A DNA stretch of 62,741 bases, the filler included, from Choristocarpus tenellus KU-1152 (taxonomy: Eukaryota; Protista; Phaeophyceae): NCBI GenBank assembly GCA_964200185.2. It is 10 parts of 10 records of this genome, joined end to end, with 100 filler letters (N's around TTAATTAATTAA, not from the genome) between each part and the next. Parts side by side here need not be neighbours in the genome. Positions count along the whole stretch, not along the records: positions 24,834 to 31,482 come from CAXNAD020007662.1; positions 31,583 to 36,620 come from CAXNAD020012089.1; positions 36,721 to 42,109 come from CAXNAD020010946.1; 7 more parts are not named here. One strand, written 5' to 3'. Every line of letters begins with the position of its first letter. The stretch's first letter is position 1. Below are positions 26,660 to 40,302 of the stretch, piece after piece. The position numbers were made by a program, and so were the translations under genes. The notes beneath the pieces are model-generated. The model saw only the letters and a program-made list of their open reading frames with translations. It was not told the DNA's origin and searched no databases.

Positions 26660-29600
26660 ATGAGGTCGAAATCCTGCGTGATAGGGACTGTACTCTTTCT
26701 TGCATCACTTGTGCATGTATCGAAGTCCTACCTTTCCCCCCGTGTCCAATCCCCATCTCATTTTCTTGGAGGTCGGGTGTTAGGCAATGGCAATAACATC
26801 GCTCATGATGCTCATGATACACACAGTTCTACCACGGTAATGAAAGTCAATGCCGGGATCAATGGTTTCGGACGGATTGGCCGCCTGGTTACACGCATCA
26901 TGGTGGAACGGGATGATATGGATCTTAAGGTGTGGGGTAACCTCCTATAGGTCCCACCGTACAGAAGTTGCACGGCCCCAAACTAGCGGTCATTGATCGT
27001 CATGTTTACTTACCACTGACCTCCTTCATTATCAACATGATTGCATAGTATCACTAGTCTAGATGCAACCACCGCTTCTCGGAGCTCTGTTTTGCCGCGA
27101 TTTTTTTTACTCACTTTCTAGATTGGACTTCAACATGCATCATTAGTACAGAAAATTTGTACCGAACTAGGCAATGGCGTCTGCTTTCGAACCAGAGGTA
27201 GATGCATTTCTTCGACCGTCCCTGCTGGTCTTTGCTAGGAACAGTTAGTGCGACTGATTTCACAACGCCCATATGGAATCACCTTAGGTCATAAACACTG
27301 GTGCCGCACCCGACTACATGGCATACCAGCTGAAGTACGACTCCGTCCACAAGAAGTACAAGGGGAGTGTGGAAGTTGACGGCATGGATTTAATTATTAG
27401 TGGGAAGAGGTATGCCTATATATAACCTTGCCATATCCCAAAGAATGCTCCCAACAGACGAGCATCAGAACCAGGTTTGACACATTGTGACCATCTCAGG
27501 TTGACCATGTCTCGTTATTATACAAAATTTGTCATGGTGATTGTTCCATATTTCCCCATTGCTGTATCCGTTTGGGGTAGGTAAAACTGTTGAACATGGG
27601 GCACCGAGGAGCACCTTTTGTAATCTACTGTGGGATGCTATGATAATCGTTCCAGACGTGTGCCCTCGGGTGCACCTAACTGTAGGTCGAGGTGCACCTT
27701 TCAAGAAAACTTGACAATTGTGGAGGAAGCTGGCTCTAAGGGGTTGGAGAATTGCATATTTCCGGCAAAAACCCATCGTTCCCCATCTTTCTTCCTCTCT
27801 GTAATGGATGAACCTTTGTAATTATGGAATCCTTAGTTTAGTTATGGTTTCGTCGGATGTGATCAACATTTTGTGGTGATTGTTATGGCACTGGGTGCTC
27901 ACACCAGCTTTTCAAAGGTGGGTATGGTTGCATTCTCATATGCGGTTATCACTGCTTGTTTACTTATAACTACCGGCATTGTGCTGGGGTTGCGTGGAAC
28001 CTGTTGATAATGTAGTGTATGTTTGTCGCATCTGGAACCTTGTTCCAAATCGTTTAACAATAACCTGTGTGGGCCCTGTTTAATCCTGGATTTGTATCAC
28101 ACGAAAGTTTGTGACTTCTTTGTCCTGGCTTCACACCACAACATGCAATGTTGACCACATTTTATCATCGTTGACTTGGTAGATGACTTTCAGACAGTTG
28201 TCAAATACAGGCGGAACACTTGTAAATTGGCTGGTTTAACCCCAACATCTATATTGCTGCAAGTTTGACTCTTGAGCACATCCACTGTGCAACAAATGAT
28301 GTGGGTTGAACCTTTTTGCTTTGTCGACCTGTAGCCGGGTACCACAACTTCTCAGATGTGATCGGGTGTTCACGTTATGGATTGTGATGCGAAACATGAA
28401 ACGAGGGATGTGGATTGCCTCAAAGTTGGTGGAAACAATGAATGACGTGGATCGTTGTGTTTCCCACCATGTACAATACTGCCAGGGAAATTGGTGGAAA
28501 CAATGAATCCACTCTGATTACACATCGCATCTACAGACTGTATTGTGGATTGCTTGATCCCACTGCCCCTGTTGCATCTCTCCTGTCAGGGTGGCAACCA
28601 CCCACACTCGGAATCCAGCTGAACTGGAGTGGGGCACCTATGGCGCAGAGGTGAGGGTATCAAAGATTCAATACAATTGATACATGATGGATTGATTATC
28701 AGAGGGAACTGTTTTTGTAGATGACTCGATTTACTCAATGTATCTGCACCTTAGCAACACTCAACTATAGTAACTGCTTTAGAGGTACTTTCCTATGACA
28801 GTAAACTGTTCCACCTTGTATAGAAGTGCTATAGTTTATCAGCTACAACATCTCCATGCCAATCTCATTATCACCATAGCTTGGCAGTTTTGAAGCATCT
28901 CATCATGGCATGTATGAGATAAGACTACAGTGTCCTCCATTGCCCTGCAACAGTGTATCCCAGGATGTCCAATTGCTTCCACCTCCATTAGTACATGCTG
29001 GTGATACAATGAATACCCCACCACCGGTAGAGTATGCTTTATCTCAATCTTGCTCTATATATTTTTTTTCATTTGTGGGAAGTATGTTGCACAGTTTGCT
29101 CGTCGAAGAAATGAGGGACACCTCTTCCCATGTGACCTCTTCCCATGTGAAAGAGAAGGGTAAATTGGTATCTCTAGTGCTGTAGTTTTGTTCCGACAGT
29201 GGTTCAATGACAAGATAAAGAAATAGCTTACGGTGACTTCTCTTCATAGCTGCTGCCGGTCTGTCTGCCCACAGATTTATTTGCCTTGTTCATATTCAAG
29301 GGACACATGATGCAAGGAGTTTATTGTCGTGATGAACTGTCAGGAGGAGGTTGGTTGTAGTAGTAGTGCTGCATGTGGCAGTTTGAGATGAGCTGATCAG
29401 GTACACAGAAGCACCTAATACTGCTGTTGGTTGAGGACTGAGGACAGAAATGTGTGTGTGTGTGCGTGCGCGCGCGCGTGTGTTTGTACACCCACTATTT
29501 TTCTTTTTTTCAATTGGGGACCCCACACATGAAACTATTCCCATATTGTGTATGTCTCTGCATGACATAAGAAAAGTGCTCTCCACCACGGTATGTATTT

Positions 29601-30643
29601 GTGAGTGTCTTGTGCCCCCATTCTTTGCGTGTGTTCGTTGCCTGTGCCACTGTGCACAACCCAGTACGTCTGTGAGTCAACTGGAGCGTTTCTCACTGCT
29701 GAGAGCTGTGCACCTCACCTGGAGAGGGGAGCCAAAAAGATAGTGTTCTCTGCCCTGGCTAAGGATGACAGCCCCACCATTGTCATGGGAGTCAACCAGG
29801 TAGGGCCTCTGACCAACCAAGACTGACCTTAATTACTGTTGGTTCCCTGTCCCGCCCTTCCCCTCTTTGTTTGAACTCCTAGTGTGCTGACTGATTTCTA
29901 CTGGAGAAGCAAGTGATCTTTTTTGGACTGTATATATACATATATATATATATATGTATGTAAGTATATATAGTCTTATGAATTGCAACGTTTCAATCGA
30001 CTCGACCCCTTCCTTGCTTGAACTATGAGTGAGACCGCAACCGAAATATTTTTGATAAGTCAAAACGATTGTTGTCTGGCACCAACGGCGCTGCTCGATT
30101 GATTCACTTTGAGATTGATTCACTTTGAAATTGATTCACTTTGAAATGCTCGATATTTTCTCGCGGAAGCCTCCTCATTTTCATTGTACACACGTTTTGG
30201 ATTCAATTTTGCCTGCACCGAATCTCTTCAAGTTGACTTTCGACGGACGCACGCACGCACTCACGCACTCGCAACTTATTTTTTTTCCCCATTCTAAGTG
30301 CTGTTGGGTGTACGATTGGTTCTCTCTGCCGAAGTGAGTTACAGTTCAGCAATCGTGCGCAGTATGGTGCAAAAGAATAAAATTTCTCATTTATTTTTAT
30401 TTTGTATTGTGAAGTGGTATTTTCCATGCAGGCGTAATATCTCGAGCTTGCTGCCTCCGAATTTGTTTTGTTTCTTTTTTCCTGAAGCAAAGCGGCTGAC
30501 CAGCAGGAATGTGCATGATTGTTCCGACCAATGGCGTACAGGGAGACTACAAGCGCAACATGCAGTTTGTATCTTGTGCTTCTTGCACAACCAATGGACT
30601 GGCGCCTCTTGTAAAGGTCATGAATGACAACTTTGGGATCAAG
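26660..30643 (+). CDS. GapC1: Plastid-targeted glyceraldehyde-3-phosphate dehydrogenase (GapC1 type), partial; exons 26660-26929, 27288-27409, 28590-28650, 29665-29799, 30542-30643
   Basis: Signal peptide plus transit-like leader ([27 protein letters not shown]...), then [36 protein letters not shown] and catalytic [12 protein letters not shown] (the NG variant typical of ochrophyte plastid GapC1); splice phases consistent. Confidence 0.95.
30109..30148. repeat. 16-bp tandem repeat (gattcactttgaratt), ~2.5-3 copies, in GAPDH intron 4
   Basis: Directly visible. Confidence 0.8.
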
Positions 30644-33438
30644 GTGAACAACAACATCGGCAGTCTTGTCCTCCAGAACCTGGAATTAAAAATGGGCATT
30701 TTTTGGGGTGGGTGGGTGGGTGGGTGGGTGGGTATTGTTATTCTGGTATTGGTTGCCTTGCCTCTATTTTCAGAAGGAAAGCCTTTTGGCGTGGTTTGTC
30801 CTAGTGATGTGAAAGAGTTTTTCCTTCAAGTGGTACAGTGTTTGGAATAGCTTATTGATAGCCATGCGTGGTAGTTCAGTAGTACTTTTGCGTTGATAAA
30901 GTAATGGTCTATATATACTGGTCTAAATACTAGTCTAGTTTGTAGTACACACGGCTATTGATATGGCATCACTTCATGCTTTTCCTGCCCCAACGAACAT
31001 TTTTGTTGCCCAGGTGCCATCAGTAGATGGTGTACGCTACTTGACTTATTGTTGCTGTTGCTGTTGCTGCAATCCTTCTATAGCACTACACTTGATTTTA
31101 TACCCTTTCTCACGATGGTTTCTCTCCCTTCCTTGTTTTGGGAAAACTCTGCCGTACTTGCTCCCTGAACACAATTTAACTTGAAAATATTTCTGTGCGA
31201 AATGCCCAGTTGAAGGTTGGTATCGATAAAAAAATAGAGAACTGAGGGACAAGGGGAGACGGCGGCTCAACCTCTCCCTGGCGTATGGAGAGCCCACCTA
31301 CGCTTGACTGGTCAATTAAAAAAAAAACGAGATCAAATTCCGTTTGATCTCAGTGCAGAACATAAGCTTTGTCCTGACAAGAGTAAGGGTCATTAGTTTC
31401 CCCCCCATTCTTTCAATTTTTGCTACTTGAGTGTGCACACAAGACTTTTGACTTTCAAAGAATATGCTGATGCTCCCCCTTTNNNNNNNNNNNNNNNNNN
31501 NNNNNNNNNNNNNNNNNNNNNNNNNNTTAATTAATTAANNNNNNNNNNNNNNNNNNNNNNNNNNNNNNNNNNNNNNNNNNNNATATAGTTTTCATTGGTT
31601 TCCACCTGACACATCTGCAAAATGTCAGAGGGCATAATAATAAAATAGAGGTACTCTTTATAATATAGTTTTTATGTTGATTTTCCCTCCTTCTAGCACA
31701 TCAAAAAGATAATAGAATATTGAAATAGAACCCTAGTAGGTTATGACCATCCAGAAAAGTCTACTGTAAATTCAACTATCAGTAACAGTTTTATAACGTC
31801 AAAATCCCTTATCTCAATGTCATCCAACTACTACTATGGTTGATACATAACGGAATATTTTCTTGGACAGATACATATTTGCATGGAGGGTTGTGGGGAA
31901 AATATACCATCAAATTATCCGACTTCCCGACATTCATATTTTGTAAAAGTCTGTGAGGGTTGTGGTTTAGTGGTACGTAGGACCTGTATGGATTATGGAC
32001 TTCAAACCCCTTCGACACCAGACTTATTTTCACGGAAATCTGTTTTCCAAGATGATGTTCCACATCACCAACACTGAGATTGATTATACACCTCTATTAC
32101 ACCACAAGAACGCCGGAGCAAGGTGAATGTGCGGAAACTTCTATACGATCTGGTAGAAGTTTCTACGGAGGAGAAGGAACAACTACTAGTGGGAATGCCA
32201 GAAGCAGACCAGAAACGTAGGGAGTACAGTTAGTCATATGCAACGATTAGTCAGTGGTTAGTATGAGAAGTAGTGCAACAACACGTAGTGCCTACTACCT
32301 CTGATCACAGGTTGGGGTCATCCACAACTAATGTGTGACAAAAATATAATAAATAGGATATAGTAAGGATCACCATGTTAAAAACATGCAACTTAAAAAT
32401 ACAAATTCAAACGCTTCAAGTTTTACACGGTAGTACAATACACAGCCCATGTGTTAAACGCTTCGTCAGAGGTCCTTCCACCCCCTTGACGGAGGGTGCT
32501 GCCTACAGTACGTTTTGCAAGTGACCAAAGTCATGCAAACTTCCTGGAAGCTTGGGAGGAACAAGGAAGGGCATGGAAACAACTCCGCACAGACCCCTAA
32601 AATGACACTTTCAAGAAGGTGCCAAAGAAAGCTGGCAAGCGGCTCAAAGCAGCGAGAGTATCTGCCTTGAATTAGTTTCTGTTACAAAACACTCACGGTG
32701 GATTACCTTGATGGGATGTGTATCTCCAAATCCACAAGTCTATATAATAGGCTGATGATGATGAAGCTCGCAAACATCGCCTGTGATATATCGATAACCA
32801 GATAACCAACGAAAATGGGTAGTTATTAGGATACCGCGATAAAGAAAAGAGTTATTTCGAGCTTAATGTTTGACTGAATTGAACAGTGTGGGGATGTTGT
32901 GGTGGACCTCAAATGTTGCTTTCAATTTGTCGAGAAGTCTCATATGTTACATACATTGAATCATTGTTTACTGCACATGTCAACTGAATACTCTAAAAGA
33001 AAATCAAGATATACAGTTTTTACACTGTATTAGTAGGACGACTTTGAACCTTCCAGTATTGGGCTGTCCCTGCACATACCCGCTGCTCGCACCAGTTAAA
33101 GCACAGGTAGCGATACATACCCTAAACGCCAGTGACATGCCCCCCATTGCGAACTAGGTACACACGTTTCACGCTTCCTATAGGTGATTGCCATAAGTTG
33201 AGATCAAAAAAATCAGCTACCACCTCAATCGTGATGCAGTAGAACGTATTTGTCACTCTAGGGTTGTGACGCCAAGAGTTAAAAAGAATATTCTACGTTG
33301 AGTTGGTCTTATGGGGGCCCCACTTCTTTCTTACTCAATCGCTACCAAACAATTATCAAAGTTCACCCTTACTTCCTTGGGGAGTGTGTCCTTCCAATAT
33401 CTGCAGGATGTAATCAAAGTCAGTTTGCACTTGGGACT

Positions 33439-33800
33439 TATCAAAGCATACACTTGTCCCTTCTGGGGGTCTGGTTCAAGTATTAAAGAGTATACGTATC
33501 TGACTTGGCCTGCGATAAAAGGGATCCCAGTTCCGACTTACCCCGTAACTTCTAAACCGCTGTAGTGACCCAAGTACATTCCCTTGTTCACTTTGGGAGT
33601 ATCTGTCTAAACGTCACAGGAAATAAGCAGAGTTAGTTTCCATTCGGCCTAATCAACGTGTACACTTCTACCTAATGGGGGTCTGGTTCAAACGTTCCAA
33701 AGTATACATCTCTTACTTGGTCCACAATAAAAATGGTCCCCAGTTCCGATCTTCTCATGTCACACCTGACCTTCCGGGTGTACGGTGTTTACCCTTGGGT
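33439..33800. repeat. Diverged tandem duplication with ~210 bp period
   Basis: gggggtctggttcaa...cccagttccga occurs at ~33465 and ~33677. Confidence 0.75.
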
Positions 33801-34519
33801 GTCTAGTCCAGGAGTGACAGATTTCAGTTTGGGATTGGCCTTTTGTGTGTTTTGTCAATAAATATTCTCAAGACTCCCACAATATTCATGATTAAAAATA
33901 TGTTTGACAATTGCCTATCTCATGCCCCTCACCACGAAGAATAACTCAATGCTCTCGGTATGCTGAGCAGGGAATTGCAAAAGAAAAAATAATTAGCAAT
34001 AATACTACTATAATATGCATTATAGGACAACTACTTTGCAACACTGGGGGGTGAAATCCCTGCTTCCAAACGCAAATTCACACTTACGTGTCACCTACAG
34101 TGCCCCTCTCCTTCTGCAATATATTTCTATGTTCTCTGAAGCAAAGAGCTTCTCAATACCAAGCCTTGCTATCCTCCTCCCTAAATGACTCTCTTCTTCA
34201 CCCGGTTATCTTGTTCCGATGTGCACCAACTGGTTCTCACCACGATTTTGGAGTACATGGCTGTTACGTACTGTGTTGCTCTTGCGAGTGAGAGAGAAGC
34301 AAAAACATTCGCTGTTGAGCTCCTCCCAATCCGCATTCTCAAACCATACCCTCAGTAGTGTGCCTTGAAGTCGAAACCTTTCCCTGAGTACCAATGTTCC
34401 TTCCCTCTCTTGTCTTTCCCTGCCTTCTTGATACGGGTACCTACATAGCGCATCTCCTTGAAACAGAATTTTTGCGTGGGGAGAAATATTGGCTGGGCAA
34501 GGTCTTCTGTTTCGGTTGT

Positions 34520-36540
34520 CAAGATCCCAGAGGGTATGAAAACACATAACTGAAGTAAAGTGCAGGTTGTCCATTGCTTCTACTTCTGTTGCCCACTCTG
34601 ACAACCACCTTAAACTCCCCACTGTACTCCCAATGTCACGCATTAGATGGGGACACCACTGCATTTATCTATCAGAGTATATGGACTAGTGTGGCCGGCA
34701 CAGATTCTGATGCTAAACCGAGTCAGATCCCCACACTATTCGGTCAAACTCCTTTCGGAAGACCATTGTCTCGGGTGAATGGGTTGTATATTAAATGGCT
34801 TGATGTGAGAGGCAAGTATATTCTGTGAACGTGCCTGCCTGGCCAGCCTACTCTTGGGACCATTGATCCTTAAATCAACCTTTCCCCTTCTATCATCAGT
34901 TATGTCCTCTATCTTGTTCTGCCTTACCTTTTGGAGAGGGAAAGCCTGTGAGGAGCGTATTAAGAAAATCTCAATCGGCTCAAAGGATTAATTAACTGCA
35001 ACAAAAAGTACTGATACTTGATTGGCACTGCTGCATTTATCATAGCATTCCCCAAGAGCATCATGTGTCAGGTTTCCTATCATCATGGTCACGTTCACTT
35101 GACCACAATATCTATCGTTACATATTATTTTTAGTTGTTCTTTTTTAGTTCCTCAAACTTAAAATATGAGATAGAGTGTCAGGTATAACATTTATCTCAC
35201 CGGGCTTGTGTTTGACCGTGAAATCATAAACTTGAAGAAAGATAGTCCAACGAGTATAATCATGTTAACCGGAATCCTGCACTAGTAACCTGCATTTATA
35301 CAAGTATCACAATGCGGCATGATCTATAATGCTGGTAAAGTGTCTATCCCACAGATACGGTCGCTAGTGAGTGGTGACAGCAGTAACGACTGCAAAATAC
35401 TCTCTTAGTGCATATCTGAATAGTGACGTTGAGCTTCATTGATTTTCTAGCTGAAGTAAGGAATGATACCTAGGTCGTTAGGATTTTAGATATAGGATCA
35501 AGGTTGCGACAAAAAAACTCCAGCACCACTCTCACTGGCACCAACATGGAAGACGAACTCTCTGATAAAGTAAGGAGATACGAGAACTGGGTCTGCACTG
35601 AGTGGTTGTTTCACTTTGAAAAATGCCAGATTCTAAATCATTTCCCTTTCTTTGGAAAGGTTCTTACTGACACATTTCATATTAGGGCGGAGTAACGGTT
35701 TGATGACTGTGGCTAAGGTTGGGTATAATTTTGCGTACGAAATAAAAACTACCTAGAACAGATCGAAGTTATTTGATCGTGGTGGATTTTGGTAATTCAG
35801 TGATGGAACGAACCCGATCTTCACCCATACCAATCCCTTCAGACGACAAAACATGACCCAGATAACGGACTTCTCTCGGTCCAAATTGTATCTTTGACGG
35901 TTTCAAGGTTAAACCCGCTGATTACAAATCTTTGTACTGCTGATCTAGAAACTGTAAATGCCCTTCCCATGTGAGAGAACAAGCAATCAAACCATCCATG
36001 TAAACCAGCAAACCAGTATGTGCCCAGAGTTGGTAAAGGTTATGGACATGTTTTTTTGAAATTGTCAGCGAGTAGTTGATACCTCAAACGGCATCCTGGA
36101 ATTTAACCATTTTTGCCTCTGGAAGTGATAAACACAGCATTATGTCAATACCAGCTACAGCAACTGGAGTTTGCCAATATGCAATCTGAATACTACAGTG
36201 ATAAATTTGGCACCACTCACAATATCAATATATGAGACTCCATATCATTTTCAGGCATAGGCCAAGTCTCTCTAAAATGTATGTTAACAATCGATGAGTA
36301 GTCTACACAGAAACGTGGAGAGCCATCAGATTTGGCTGCAATGGTGACAGGACTGCCCCAAGGGCTGGCACTTTTTTCAATGATGCCTTGCTCTTCCGTG
36401 GTGTTAACACATGAGTCAATCACTTCTTGAGCACGGGGGTTTGGTCTTTGCGGGTTCCTATCAACAGGCATGGTACTGGGTCCGATAGGAATTTCTGCTT
36501 CAGTTAGAGTACATCTACCCCATTCTGCTGCATTCAACTA
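34520..36540 (-). mobile_element. Degenerate Ty3/Gypsy pol (RT, RNase H, start of integrase)
   Basis: IIEKSASPWGSPVTIAAKSDGSPRFCVDY, RMPF, LVYMDG, GLTLKPSKIQFGPREVRYLGHVLS and FTVKHKPGEINVIPDTLS read across stops and frameshifts. Confidence 0.9.
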
Positions 36541-38219
36541 AAACACCGATCTGTAACGAGCACACAGGGATCTAATAGTTGAGACGCTTGTGGGTCAAAG
36601 TATCTGGAGGGGGGGGGGTGNNNNNNNNNNNNNNNNNNNNNNNNNNNNNNNNNNNNNNNNNNNNTTAATTAATTAANNNNNNNNNNNNNNNNNNNNNNNN
36701 NNNNNNNNNNNNNNNNNNNNGGGTAGAGGGGATAAAACTACCACCAAACTGGTACCTATCAATGTTGGTTGAGTGGAGCGGAAAGAAGATCAACCAAATC
36801 TCAAGCCCGGAAAAAAAAAACATAATACTGTGCATAGAAGCAAATAGTTCGGAACATTCTAGAAAAACGACAAAAAAGAAGAGATAAGTGCATCAAATTC
36901 TTCTCATGAGTACAACAAGAAGGCTTGAAACGTGCCCCATCTTCAGAGATGGAGTTCTTCTAATTCAGGTCTTGCACTACTTTTTCTCCCTAGGTATCTA
37001 ACGAGTTAACCCTAGCCCTGTCCATGATTGGTTTGAATGAGTCAGGCGTTAACATACAAGTCAACATTCAAATTATCAGGCAAGAGTTATGGAGTACCAA
37101 ACTCGTACTCACATTCAGTCATAAAGGGTCACTCTTGAGCAACCTTAGGTTTTCTAGGGAATGCTTTACACTCCATGCACAACAAAGTATACCTGGCGGT
37201 TGCTTTTGAGCAGGGTCCAATATAGAATCGCTGTTTAGATCCAAGTATACACAAGTAGATGTTGGATCCGAAAAAAACATGACTGGTACTACAATCCATT
37301 AGATTACACTCATCACAGCACGAGAGACAAGGCCAGGGAGAGGTGCCACTCCAACCGCAGCGAACAGCACATTTGCACGATTGTCGAACTACTGTGGCTT
37401 GTACAACATACCTGTTTGCGCTTCGTGTCTTTCGGTCCTTTCATTACGACACCCTTAAGACATTAGAATTTCCCACACCAGCAAAGATATCCTTGGTTGA
37501 ATACGATTGTTTCTAATACTTTCGAAGGTGAGATTGGCTGCGCCCACCCTTCAATCGAAACGGCCTACTCTCTAACGTTAGCCCAGGCCTTTCAAATGTA
37601 ACCAAGTCACGGCTCGCAAAGAGAAGAGCGCGCCACCTCTTACTCCGCATCGGGATTTATCCAGATCGATTGTAAACATACGCGAGAAGGTGCCGCCAGG
37701 TCGAAATCGTATCAAGCACAGGACCCCACACAAAGCTATACCTGAAAGGTTACACCTTGTAATGATTCCAATGCTAACAAATCGACCCTACTGTTCCGAG
37801 GAGGGAACAACTTCGTTTATACCATGGGGATAATCTTATGCCAATGCTCTTTAACGCGGGTTTAACTTACGCTCACACCGGGACGACTTTTCATTACTAC
37901 CTTCCAAAAGCCTCTCCTTAGTGGTTTTAATACTCAATACAGACTCCGCTTATTTCGTATGATCTGTCAGTAAACAATCATCTCGTATTCCATTGATATA
38001 AAATAATCTGTCCCTGAAAAGAGATGCACCATGACACCCAAACACTTAGGAAGTAGGATTACTGTACTTAATGGGCACTTTGCCAAACGTTCACAGATCA
38101 GATCGTGGTGGAAATAAGCTAACCCTCGGCGCTGATGGACGAAGAGTTGGTTAAAGTCTTACCACTCAAGAAAGGTTAGAAATACCCTTTCATTGTGTGG
38201 CATCTTTTCGGGGACTCAC

Positions 38220-38421
38220 CATCCATCATGACCTTTATCAACTGGGAGAGCATGATCACCGGCACCTGCACCACAAAGTTGTATCCATCCATAGAAACGA
38301 GTGTCACTGTGTCACCCTCCAGATCTGCTTCATTGATCTCCTCCGCCTTGACCCCATCTGACTGAGTGTTGACATTGTTGATCTCAGTTCCAGGTGCAGT
38401 CGAAGAACTTAGCTCAGTCAT
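38220..38421 (-). CDS. First exon of a SKP1-like (BTB/POZ) protein; later exons not found in this contig
   Basis: MTELSS...DTVTLVSMDGYNFVVQVPVIMLSQLIKVMMD followed by a G|GTGAGT donor. Confidence 0.7.
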
Positions 38422-39164
38422 CTTCGTGTTAACCTTAACTATGAAGCCACTGCTTTGTCCGATGCGATGTACGTCTCTCTCCAATACAGTCGATTCCCAG
38501 CCTTAAGTCGTGTTTGCCAGCGCCAATATCCCTGGGAACGTCAAGATCATACCTGACCAAATTTCGAACTTGTGAAAAATTATTGTTCAACATTTGTTAC
38601 TGTATTGCACGCGGGAAACGCGCGAGAGCATTATAGAAAGTTCAAATTTCTTAACAAATCATTTGAAACATCCCCAACCCTTGATTACAACACACCCAAG
38701 GGAAGATTTTCCAGGTCACCTCGTCTCCTCAAGCCCAATTACATCACATCCAATGGAATGAGCTCGTAGAAAAGGCGTATATGCATGTCCCAATCCATTC
38801 ACTCCACTCGTTGCTATTTTTCGAACATTCTGGGTAACGAGAATGAACTCTTTGCTATAAATTATCGTCTTTTGCACCTGTGTGTAATTTTGGGTCGGTG
38901 CATACTTCGATCTTCAAAGTGGATAATATGGGATTCTGGATTGGTGAAGGCACCACGAGCCAGGGCCTTGCCAGACAACATAAAAACAGCATTTATCACT
39001 TTCGGGGATAACTATCTGTTATAGGCGCGCTATGTTTTGATGGCGGTTTCATAAACACCATTATGACCTTGAAGTCCTAGATTTGATATTGATATTTCCC
39101 AGATTGTCATAGGACAACGTTGACCAGTTCCTTTATATACGACGGTATTGATGATAATCCAAGT

Positions 39165-39271
39165 GAGAGATCCAGCATACTTGACGACTTGTGCATCAGG
39201 AGTCCTATATGTGCATCAGTATCATATATAGACCCGTAGATTGGAGCGATACATCCTGTGGAGGTAAGCTT
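39165..39271 (+). repeat. Dispersed copy of window positions 1-107
   Basis: gagagatccagcatacttgacgacttgtgcatcaggagtcctata is identical at both sites. Confidence 0.92.
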
Positions 39272-40049
39272 CTGGAGCATGCTGTAATACATCTCCCTCA
39301 ATAATGTTTGCAAGGAAAGTTGATTGCAGCTAAGGGGAAATGTGAGGTGTCTGACAGTCCTTATATCGTCTCCCTAGGCAAAGCTCCCCCATTTTCCTTT
39401 CCTCCAGATGCTGTCAGAGCACTGTGGCTACAGTCGTAGCAGACCTGCTCCTCCTCTTTCTCCCTTAGGTCCGCCCCAACTGTTAACCAGTCAAATCTCG
39501 TTCCTGGTGAGAGCCCTGCATTACCCCCATCCTAAATCAACGGCTGGCAGTTAGCCCATTTTGGTTGTTGCAAGTGAGACGGAGGAGTTGTCAGCAAACA
39601 GGACTATCGTTAAACAGGATCGCAACAATATATTTGCCTGAGTGTGTGTAAATCTGTAGACTGTAGACAATGCGAAAATAAATGGTATTGACGTAGGTTG
39701 CCAGGGTCAAGCATGCAAGAGGATATCGTTGCAAGGAAATACCCAGGAGAGAACGGAAGATCATCTCGCCGAATGTTCATCTGAGGAACAAATACTAACA
39801 CAGCAACATGAGTAGAGCATGACCACTCTCCCATCTGAGGTCTTTCTGAAGATGTTGATTGGAGACTGGATCCCACGCCTCCTATCACCAGCTCTTTCCA
39901 CACGTCGCAAGGTCCAATGAAGAAGAATCCTTATTACCCCAATTCCCCTCCCTAAACTTGGCTGGCGCTCTCATGTTGTTCTTTTTGAGTTGCAGGAAGT
40001 AAGTTGCAAAAGACGAGTAGCTTTTGTTGGGACGCCGCCTACAAATTCT

Positions 40050-40302
40050 AAGTCAACATAAACGAGAGGTGACCAGGTTTCGATCGTTTCTAATTTTAAG
40101 ACACTCTTTTCATCTGTTGTAATTCACCCTTATTTCTATGGATGAAGCGGCAAGATTGACTTAAGAGAGTTGATTTCTCTAATATTAAAAAAAAACGGAC
40201 ACAAAAAAAAATCCCTATAAATGTTTGGAAAAAAAGTTGAAATTTTACTATTGTCAGCATCCTCAAAATGTAACCTTGGATACCTCTCGTTTTCTTTGGC
40301 CC
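40050..40302 (+). mobile_element. MITE family C copy, TSD TCT
   Basis: tct|aagtcaacataaacgagaggt...tacctctcgttttctttggccc|tct. Confidence 0.88.
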
